From assembly GCA_938015415.1 (NCBI GenBank), contig CALLPK010000008.1:14442-78441 (forward strand): DNA of 64,000 nt, written 5' to 3'. The stretch comes from an uncultured Saprospiraceae bacterium (lineage in GTDB: Bacteria; Bacteroidota; Bacteroidia; Chitinophagales; Saprospiraceae). Of this stretch, positions 40,756 through 48,151 are shown piece by piece. Under the pieces are notes generated by a model, which made no database searches, was not told where the DNA came from, and saw nothing but the letters and a program-made list of their open reading frames with translations. Position 1 is the stretch's first letter, and each line of letters starts with the position of its first letter. Made by a program: the position numbers and the translations under genes.

Positions 40756-41994
40756 ATGCGACACCCCCTCACTTGGTTTATTATCCTACTTTTTTGGGTT
40801 ATAGGTGGAGCTTTGATTGCTAAGACATTTTGCTGTGGTATCGGTGCTGCTGCGACCAGCGGTCTGCTAATCAAAGACGGAGCAACCACCGTTGCGGCGA
40901 CAAATGCCGGTAACTTACTATTTGGTATTAACGGAGCAGCTCCCATCATCGAATCCACTAACGTTAAAACAGAATTTAACGACCTAGCTACTTATCTAAA
41001 AGAAAATCCAACCAAGTCTGTTACCCTCAATGGTCATTACATGGCCTCGGAGGAAAACAATACCAGCTTTGACAACCTTGGACTGGCACGAGGAGATGCT
41101 ATGAAGGGCTATCTGATTGGATTAGGTGTTCCAGCAGCACAACTATTAACCGGTTCAATGGTCAAAGAAAATCTCGAAATGAATGACGAGCGAATTGTAG
41201 GAGGTATGTCTTATGTATTCGGTACCGTTGCTGGTGGTCGCAATCTGAATATTCAGGACGCTGCTGCTTTTGGTACTACCGCAGATGGCAATTTAATCTT
41301 TCCAATGTCCTCTTACGAATATATTGATCCAGTAGCAGCCGAGGTGACCGCATCTTTTCAAAAAACGGCTGATTATCTAAAAGCCAATCCAAAGCGGTCA
41401 ATAAAAATTACTGGATTATATACCGATCAGGAAACCAACAGCAGTGTACTACCTTCTCTCGGAATGGCCAGAGCTAATAAGATTAAAGGTATGCTGACTG
41501 CAATGGGTGTTCCTTCCAATCAGATCGACATAGATGCTCGAATGGAAAATACACTCGCTTTTGTCAACGAAGAAACCATTGGCGGTGCTACTTACGCATT
41601 CTTCGACGGCGCAGAGAGTGGTGATAAACTCGCCGAAGTTGAAAAACGCTTACGCGCCAAACCGATTGTCCTTTATTTCAAAACTAATTCAGAAACCTTA
41701 ACACTGAGTCCTGAACAACGGAACCAATTCGCTGATCTGATTTATTATCTGGACAATAAAGAAGGAGGACGTCTAAATGCAGTAGGACATACCGACGACC
41801 GGGGCGCCGAAAAAATCAATCGCCGACTAAGCCGTAAACGGGCAGAATTTGTTCGGGACTACATCAGTAAAAATGGCGGAATCAATCAAAATCTTGTTTC
41901 CGCTACCGGCCAGGGACCCGATCAACCAATCGCAGACAACGGCACCGAAGGCGGAAGAGCTAAAAACAGACGGGTGGAAATCACCATTAAATAA
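40756..41994 (+). CDS. Membrane-anchored OmpA/MotB-family protein with three tandem OmpA-like peptidoglycan-binding domains
   Basis: 412 aa. The N-terminal TM helix has positive residues before it, so it is N-in with a periplasmic body. There are three repeats of the OmpA-like pattern (..YLKxNP..S..L.GH.....N..L...RA.....L...GV....I). The C-terminus NRRVEITIK is the canonical OmpA_C ending. Confidence 0.75.
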   Translation: MRHPLTWFIILLFWVIGGALIAKTFCCGIGAAATSGLLIKDGATTVAATNAGNLLFGINGAAPIIESTNVKTEFNDLATYLKENPTKSVTLNGHYMASEENNTSFDNLGLARGDAMKGYLIGLGVPAAQLLTGSMVKENLEMNDERIVGGMSYVFGTVAGGRNLNIQDAAAFGTTADGNLIFPMSSYEYIDPVAAEVTASFQKTADYLKANPKRSIKITGLYTDQETNSSVLPSLGMARANKIKGMLTAMGVPSNQIDIDARMENTLAFVNEETIGGATYAFFDGAESGDKLAEVEKRLRAKPIVLYFKTNSETLTLSPEQRNQFADLIYYLDNKEGGRLNAVGHTDDRGAEKINRRLSRKRAEFVRDYISKNGGINQNLVSATGQGPDQPIADNGTEGGRAKNRRVEITIK

Positions 41995-42040
41995 AATTTG
42001 AGAACAATCATTAACCAATAACTTAAAAAAATATAAAAAT

Positions 42041-44497
42041 ATGTTTTGCAGTATACCAATAGCACTATTATGGGGATTAGGGGCAGCTTTGATTGGAGGA
42101 GTAATCGGATGGTTATTAAGAAATAGCCGGATCAAAGAACTTCAGGGACTTTATGAAAGTCAACAACAAAAAACCTTACAAATTCAGGGAGATTACGATT
42201 CTTCCGTGAGCAGCCTTGGTTTGCTACAGGGTCGCTATAATGACATGGAAACAGATTTCACCAACTGGAAATCCCGTTACCAAACCCTGGAAGGTCAGCA
42301 CCAGGATCTGGACCGCAGATACAAGGAGCTAGAGCTGAAATACCAAAACATGAGCACGACGCACAGCAACCTGCAGGCGGAGTACGATGCTTATAAGACT
42401 AAATCTGCTCAAGAGCTTTCTGAAGCAAGAAGTGCTTACAGCAGCCTGGAGGCTAAATATAATACCGCGAATAAAGAACGTGATGAGGCAAATGCTCGTA
42501 TCGCGCAACTAGAACGAACCATCGCAGAATGGGAAGCAAAATTCAATACATTGGATGCACAGTTTGCGACTTACCGTACTGAGCAAACAAACATTATAAC
42601 CTCCTGGGAATCTAAATACAATGTCCTGAACATGAGCATCTCCGGTGGTGATAGCAGTGCCGTTGGTTTTGCCAGCATGGGTGGTGATGGTGGCGCAGCA
42701 GTCGCTGGATGGGAAGTGAAGTATAACTTATTACTAGAACAGTACGATAACTTCCGTAACGAACACGAAGATCTGATCTTCGAATGGAATAGTAAGTACG
42801 ACAATTTGAAAGCAGAATACGATGCATACCGATTACAGTATGATAGTAGTATGAAAGAATGGGAAGCCAAATATAACTTATTGGTAATTGAATTAGGTAA
42901 TTACAAGCACCAACACGAAAGTGTGGTGTCAGATTGGAATCTAAGATATTCTGATCTGCAATCCGAATGGACGTTGAAATATGATGACTTAAATTCTAAG
43001 TATCAGGAGAAACCAAAAGAAGTAGAAGTCATCAAAGAGGTAGAAGTGATTAAAGAAGTTCAGGTACCGGTGGAGGTCATCAAAGAAGTCCCCGTCGAAG
43101 TCATCAAAGAAGTAGAAGTGATTAAGGAAGTACAGGTACCCGTCGAAGTAATTAAAGAAGTACCTGTTGAGGTCATCAAAGAGGTAGAGGTCATCAAGGA
43201 AGTGCCCGTTGAGGTAATCAAGGAAGTAGAAGTCATCAAGCAGGTGCAGGTGCCTGTTGAGACCGTTGTTGAAGTGCCCGTAGAAGTCATTAAAGAAGTC
43301 GAGGTCATCAAAGAGGTACCTGTCGAGGTCATTAAAGAGGTAGAAGTCATCAAGCAGGTGCAAGTGCCCGTTGAGACCGTCGTTGAAGTGCCCGTCGAAG
43401 TGATCAAAGAAGTACCTGTAGAAGTAATCAAGGAAGTCGAAGTCATTAAAGAAGTCGAAGTCATCAAGCAGGTACAAGTGCCCGTAGAGACCGTCGTCGA
43501 AGTGCCCGTCGAAGTGATCAAAGAAGTAGAGGTGATTAAAGAAGTACAAGTGCCTGTCGAGGTGATCAAGGAAGTCGAAGTCATTAAAGAAGTCGAAGTC
43601 ATCAAGCAGGTGCAAGTGCCCGTAGAGACCGTCGTCGAAGTACCCGTTGAAGTGATCAAAGAAGTAGAGGTCATCAAAGAAGTACCCGTTGAGGTAATCA
43701 AGGAAGTCGAAGTCATCAAACAGGTGCAAGTACCCGTTGAAACCGTCGTCGAAGTTCCCGTTGAAGTGATCAAGGAAGTCGAAGTCATCAAAGAAGTAGA
43801 GGTAGAAGTCATTAAAGAAGTAAAAGTACCGGTGGAGGTCATCAAAGAAGTACCCGTTGAAGTAATTAAGGAAGTCGAAGTCATCAAAGAGATTATCAAT
43901 GAGGTCGAAATCATCAAAGAGGTGCCAATCGAGATTATTAAGGAAGTAGAGGTCATCAAAGAGGTAGAGGTAGAAGTAATTAAAGAAGTAGAAGTTACCA
44001 GAGGTCTTGACTTTAGCAACCTGGAAGAATTAATGGCGCAGTTGGGTACCGTTGAAGTTTCTCGAACCATGAAAGAGACAGAAGAAAAACGACCAGCAAA
44101 AGCGAAAGCAATTACCAAAAAGGCAAAAGGTGCTACCAAAGCGAAAGTTACTGCCAAGGGAAAGAGTACTGCCAAAGGAAAAGCCAAATCAACCAGCAAA
44201 GCTGCAACTAAAAAAGCAACTACCGGAACGCGTCGTACTAAAAAGGACGACCTGAAAAAGATCGAAGGAATTGGACCAAAGATCGAACAACTCCTGCACA
44301 AAGCGAAAATCACGACTTTTAAAGAACTGTCCACCACTAAGGTCGGCATTCTGCGTGAGATTCTGCAAAAGGCCGGATCCAGATTCACCATGCACGATCC
44401 TAGTACCTGGGCGCGTCAGGCAAAATTAGCTGCCGCCGATAAATGGGATCAACTAAAGAAATTACAAGACGAACTCGACGGTGGTCGTAAAAAGTAA
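42041..44497 (+). CDS. Membrane-anchored modular repeat protein. It has an N-terminal TM helix, a Trp-periodic coiled coil, a ~320-aa PEVK-like octapeptide array (EVEVIKEV / PVEVIKEV / QVPVETVV), a Lys/Ala/Thr-rich H1-like tract and a C-terminal HhH-like domain.
   Basis: 818 aa. The TM helix is MFCSIPIALLWGLGAALIGGVIGWLL followed by RNSRIK, so by the positive-inside rule the body is cytoplasmic. There are about 8 repeats of W(E/N)xKY(N/D)xL. Nt 43016-43990 hold 24-nt tandem units. KAKAITKKAKGATKAKVTAKGK... is followed by KKDDLKKIEGIGPKIEQLLHKAKITTFKEL, which has a GIGxK helix-hairpin-helix signature. Confidence 0.7.
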   Translation: MFCSIPIALLWGLGAALIGGVIGWLLRNSRIKELQGLYESQQQKTLQIQGDYDSSVSSLGLLQGRYNDMETDFTNWKSRYQTLEGQHQDLDRRYKELELKYQNMSTTHSNLQAEYDAYKTKSAQELSEARSAYSSLEAKYNTANKERDEANARIAQLERTIAEWEAKFNTLDAQFATYRTEQTNIITSWESKYNVLNMSISGGDSSAVGFASMGGDGGAAVAGWEVKYNLLLEQYDNFRNEHEDLIFEWNSKYDNLKAEYDAYRLQYDSSMKEWEAKYNLLVIELGNYKHQHESVVSDWNLRYSDLQSEWTLKYDDLNSKYQEKPKEVEVIKEVEVIKEVQVPVEVIKEVPVEVIKEVEVIKEVQVPVEVIKEVPVEVIKEVEVIKEVPVEVIKEVEVIKQVQVPVETVVEVPVEVIKEVEVIKEVPVEVIKEVEVIKQVQVPVETVVEVPVEVIKEVPVEVIKEVEVIKEVEVIKQVQVPVETVVEVPVEVIKEVEVIKEVQVPVEVIKEVEVIKEVEVIKQVQVPVETVVEVPVEVIKEVEVIKEVPVEVIKEVEVIKQVQVPVETVVEVPVEVIKEVEVIKEVEVEVIKEVKVPVEVIKEVPVEVIKEVEVIKEIINEVEIIKEVPIEIIKEVEVIKEVEVEVIKEVEVTRGLDFSNLEELMAQLGTVEVSRTMKETEEKRPAKAKAITKKAKGATKAKVTAKGKSTAKGKAKSTSKAATKKATTGTRRTKKDDLKKIEGIGPKIEQLLHKAKITTFKELSTTKVGILREILQKAGSRFTMHDPSTWARQAKLAAADKWDQLKKLQDELDGGRKK
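43016..43990 (+). repeat. In-frame 24-nt tandem repeat array with a ~114-nt higher-order unit, encoding the PEVK-like octapeptides
   Basis: Units such as gaagtagaagtcatcaaagaggta repeat about 40 times with synonymous variation. The superunit PVEVIKEVEVIKEVPVEVIKEVEVIKQVQVPVETVVEV repeats about 5 times. Confidence 0.9.
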
Positions 44498-44509
44498 ACA
44501 TCAACAATT

Positions 44510-44545
44510 AGGGAGTGCGTATCTCACGCAGTCCCTATATTTTTC
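44510..44545 (+). terminator. Rho-independent terminator between the two repeat-protein genes
   Basis: agggagtgcgt-atc-tcacgcagtccct followed by atatttttct. Confidence 0.55.
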
Positions 44546-44587
44546 TAATCTTCAAAGCATAATTTTATCACTTAACATCATTGAATA

Positions 44588-45913
44588 ATGAAAAAGGACA
44601 AGCAAACAACTAAAAGAAAACCGCGAGCTACTAGCAAAAAAGCCAGCTCGAGTAAAAAAGGGTCGACCACTAAAAAATCGACCGCCTCCAGCAAAAAATC
44701 CACCACTGGAAAACTAATTGCAAAAGATAAACTAATCGCTATGGTTAGTAAATCAGCTGGTATCTCCATCGCTAAAGCTACCTCAGCTTACGAAACTATC
44801 CTGAAAGAAACACCATCTTTCCGACAGCAGTCTCTAAAAACGGTAAAGGCGAAACACGAAGTAGCGGTAAAAGCTAAATCAAAGCCAACGATTAAAACGG
44901 TGAAGGTTTCTAAAGATAAATTGGTAAAAACTAAGAATACCGTAGAAAAAATCAAGAAGGTTGAGGTGATCAAAGAAGTGATCGTCGAAAAAATCGTCGA
45001 AGTAGAAAAAATCAAAGAGGTAGAGGTCATCAAAAAAGTAAACGTACCGGTGATCAAAAAAGTAGAGGTCATTAAAAAAGTCGAGGTCATTAAAGAAGTA
45101 CCCGTTGAGGTCATTAAAGAAGTAGAAGTGATCAAAGAAGTAGAAGTGATCAAAGAAGTACCCGTCGAAGTGATCAACGAAGTAATCGTCGAAGTGGAAG
45201 TTTTCCGCGATGTACCCGTCGAAGTAATCAAAGAAATTACCATGATCCGTGAGGTCGAAGTAATTAAAGAAATTCCTGTCACCATCGTCAAAGAGGTCGA
45301 AATCATCAAAGAAGTACCCGTCGAAGTCGTCCGCGAAGTGGAAGTAGTAAAATCAATTGATTTTGACTCCCTCAAGAAAATGATGGCTAAAATGGGAACG
45401 GTAGAGGTTTCTAAAAAAGTAGTAGGTGAAACTCGTACTGCTCAAAAAGCTACCATCGTAGACCGGCGAGAAGTAGGAACCACTTCTACTCGTGGTAAAG
45501 CAACCATCACCCGTGGTAAAACAACCTTGTTAACTGGTAAGGCTGCCGAAGAATCCAAGAAAAAAGCTTCTAAATCAGCTTCCAGATCTACCGCTACTTC
45601 CTCAAAAAGTAAGGGAAAAGCAAAAGTTACTAAAAAGACGACTAGCAAAGCAAAAGCTAGCAAGAAAGATGATTTGAAAAAAATCGAAGGTATCGGACCA
45701 AAAATTGAGCAATTGCTCAACAAAGACGGTATCCACACCTGGAAGCAACTTGCAGCAGCTAAGGTAAGCCGTATTCAGAAAGTTCTGACCGCAGCGGGAC
45801 CTCGCTATAAAATGCACAATCCAGGTAGCTGGCCAAAACAATCCAACCTCGCCGCTAAAGGTAAGTGGAAAGAATTGGAAAAATTACAAGACGAATTAAA
45901 CGGTGGACGTTAA
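44588..45913 (+). CDS. Soluble paralog of the upstream repeat protein. It has a Lys/Ser/Thr-rich N-terminus, a short HU-like helix segment, a PEVK-like EVIKEV array, an H1-like basic tract and the same C-terminal HhH-like domain.
   Basis: 441 aa. MKKDKQTTKRKPRATSKKASSSKKGSTTKK...; LIAMVSKSAGISIAKATSAYETI resembles an HU/IHF N-terminal helix; EVIKEV-type repeats at nt 44950-45360; MMAKMGTVEVS matches LMAQLGTVEVS in the paralog; the C-terminus KKDDLKKIEGIGPKIEQLLNKDGIHTWKQL is 18/18 identical at the start to the paralog. Confidence 0.7.
   Translation: MKKDKQTTKRKPRATSKKASSSKKGSTTKKSTASSKKSTTGKLIAKDKLIAMVSKSAGISIAKATSAYETILKETPSFRQQSLKTVKAKHEVAVKAKSKPTIKTVKVSKDKLVKTKNTVEKIKKVEVIKEVIVEKIVEVEKIKEVEVIKKVNVPVIKKVEVIKKVEVIKEVPVEVIKEVEVIKEVEVIKEVPVEVINEVIVEVEVFRDVPVEVIKEITMIREVEVIKEIPVTIVKEVEIIKEVPVEVVREVEVVKSIDFDSLKKMMAKMGTVEVSKKVVGETRTAQKATIVDRREVGTTSTRGKATITRGKTTLLTGKAAEESKKKASKSASRSTATSSKSKGKAKVTKKTTSKAKASKKDDLKKIEGIGPKIEQLLNKDGIHTWKQLAAAKVSRIQKVLTAAGPRYKMHNPGSWPKQSNLAAKGKWKELEKLQDELNGGR
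44950..45360 (+). repeat. In-frame 24-nt tandem repeat array, the EVIKEV/PVEVIKEV type, in the second paralog
   Basis: gaggtcatcaaagaagta-type units, about 17 copies. Confidence 0.85.
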
Positions 45914-46162
45914 TTCAAAGAATATAACAGACTTTCTGTTTAACACAATAAAGAAGATGGTGACTCCGGTTGCTGTCTTTTTTTTGTTCTTTTCTAAAAT
46001 TTATTCCCTTACGGAAAATAAGCTAGCACCCCAGGCCTACCCACTTGCGTAGCGTACCCCTTTTTTATTCAAAATATTTTTTATCCTAAATAATAGGAGT
46101 TAGGCTACGCCACATAAAGTAGAAATATCCTATATTTGATCTGCTCAAGTCTAATAATAACA

Positions 46163-46516
46163 ATGTCCGACGTAGAAGAATTCATCCTCCAGTTTTCCGG
46201 CCACCAACGGGCCGTACTCGAATATTTCCACCAGCTCTTTACCCAAGAACTCCAACTAACCGATAAACTCCGTTACAAAATTCCTTTCTACGACGGCAAA
46301 ACCTGGATTTGCTACCTCAATCCCACCAAAGGAGAAAAGATAGAACTCGTCTTCCTCCGGGGACGCGAACTTTCCAACGCACAAGGCCTCCTCAATCACA
46401 AAGGGCGAAAGATGGTCAGCGGCATCGAATTTGCCTCCGTAGCAGAAATCCCAAAGGAATTAATAAACGAAATAATTCAGGAGGCCATCTATCTCGACGA
46501 AATTGGTAAAACCTGA
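46163..46516 (+). CDS. DUF1801-like small protein
   Basis: MSDVEEFILQFSGHQRAVLEYFHQL...KIPFYDGKTWICYL...ELVFLRGRELS has the same pattern as the 7474-7899 protein. The start was moved to the internal ATG at 46163. Confidence 0.45.
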   Translation: MSDVEEFILQFSGHQRAVLEYFHQLFTQELQLTDKLRYKIPFYDGKTWICYLNPTKGEKIELVFLRGRELSNAQGLLNHKGRKMVSGIEFASVAEIPKELINEIIQEAIYLDEIGKT

Positions 46517-46915
46517 AATATTCTCCTCCTCGATCCCCCTACCCTTTCTCATTTTTGCTTATCTTTGGGGGACAGACAACTAGAGAAAAATTACACATCT
46601 TTCGTGGTATCATTTGCCTTTTTCAGGTCCATGAACTCTACATGAATGTCAATTTTACTGACGATACTTTTACCGCTTAAAGAGACGCTATTGGTTACCA
46701 AATTCCAGGACAAAACTTGTATTTAAGTTATGACTTGGGCAGTTTTGGTAATTGGTTTTCCCAGCTGTTATAGATTATTTTCGCCCAAATTAATTGTGTA
46801 AATAACTGAGTTACATGCAAGCAGAGAATTAAAGCAAGAAATAACATGGAAATGAGCAGGTTAATAATAAATAAGCAACGACTAGCAGATTTTGGGATGT
46901 TAAAAAAATCAATGG

Positions 46916-47887
46916 ATGAGTGAAATAGTCATATATCAAGATTCAAATAAGCAAATTAAGCTAAGTGTTCAATTAGAAGGAGAAACCGTATGGCTAACCC
47001 AGAAACAAATGTCAGAATTATTTGACACTACCCCTCAGAACATAACGATGCATCTAAAATCAGTCTTCTTAGAAGGTGAATTAGATGAAATTTCAACTTG
47101 TAAGGATTTCTTACATGTTCGTCAAGAAGGAAATAGGAAAGTCAAAAGGAACCAAAGACACTACAATTTGGATGCGATCATATCCGTTGGATACAGGGTA
47201 AAGTCACACAGAGCAACACAATTTAGAATATGGGCAACCTCTAAGTTAAGAGAACTTTTGGTTCAAGGCTATGTCGTCAATCAACAACGTCTCGAACAGA
47301 AGAAACAAGAAGTAAAAATTCTAAAATCAGGCATTCAAATATTAGGCAGAGCGATAGAAAAAAAGGCCGAAGATGAAGGTTATAGTTGGTTAGATACTTT
47401 CTCTAAGGGACTAAGTCTATTAGATGACTATGATCATGAATCATTAGATAAATCGGGAATCACTAACAAAAAGGCTAATTACCCCAAACTAAAGGACTAT
47501 TACAACGTGGTAGAGGCCATGAAATCCGAATTTGATTCTGATGTTTTTGGAAAAGAAAAAGATGAAAATTTTCAAAGTTCAGTCTCGCAAATATTGAAAG
47601 GTATAGGAGATGATGACTTTTATCCCACAATAGAAGAGAAAGCCGCAATGCTTCTATATCTTATAACAAAGAATCATTCATTTGTAGATGGAAATAAGAG
47701 AATAGCAGCTGCTTGTTTTCTCTTGTTTCTTGAAAATAACAACTTATTGCATACTGTCAATGACTCAACTATAATGAGCAATGAAGCATTAGCAGCGTTG
47801 ACCTTATATATTGCAAGTAGTAAACCTGAAGAAATGGAAACAGTAAAAAGGCTAACTATAAGTGTACTCAATCGAAATCAAGAATAA
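46916..47887 (+). CDS. RhuM-family N-terminal domain fused to a Fic/Doc domain
   Basis: 323 aa. The N-terminus MSEIVIYQDSNKQIKLSVQLEGETVWLTQKQMSELFDTTPQNITMHLKSVF is the RhuM-type conserved opening. The C-terminus HSFVDGNKRIAAACFLLFL matches the Fic/Doc motif HxFx(D/E)GNKR. The gene lies in an AT-rich stretch at 46520-48100. Confidence 0.7.
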   Translation: MSEIVIYQDSNKQIKLSVQLEGETVWLTQKQMSELFDTTPQNITMHLKSVFLEGELDEISTCKDFLHVRQEGNRKVKRNQRHYNLDAIISVGYRVKSHRATQFRIWATSKLRELLVQGYVVNQQRLEQKKQEVKILKSGIQILGRAIEKKAEDEGYSWLDTFSKGLSLLDDYDHESLDKSGITNKKANYPKLKDYYNVVEAMKSEFDSDVFGKEKDENFQSSVSQILKGIGDDDFYPTIEEKAAMLLYLITKNHSFVDGNKRIAAACFLLFLENNNLLHTVNDSTIMSNEALAALTLYIASSKPEEMETVKRLTISVLNRNQE

Positions 47888-48151
47888 TATATTCAACTAT
47901 AGTGAGCCAAGGAGTGCCAGCACACACACTATTATAATACGATCATATCTGTTCGTGCCTCACAGAGACGACGCTTATAATTATCTGTTTAGATATAAGC
48001 AAATTTTAAAGCCCTCAAAATAAAGTTCCTCGTTGAGAGGAATTTTTAAATTTTCCTTCCGGATTTACGACTGAGTAAGCGACCGAAGGAAGCGCACGAA
48101 AGAGTAATATCCGGAAGTTAAAAAAATTTTAAAAACCTCGAAACAAAAACA

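Noticed and set aside
43016-43990. Possible CRISPR array, because of the regular 24-nt periodicity
   Set aside because: The units are contiguous with no unique spacers. They are in frame within a long ORF and vary synonymously. No cas genes or leader are present.
43060-44391. 443-aa minus-strand ORF (TSTSLITSTGTS... repeats), together with the related antisense ORFs 42989-43729 and 44788-45375
   Set aside because: These are mirror-frame artefacts of the in-frame 24-nt coding repeats on the plus strand. They have no start context and their Ser/Thr periodicity is simply the complement of the EVIKEV codons.
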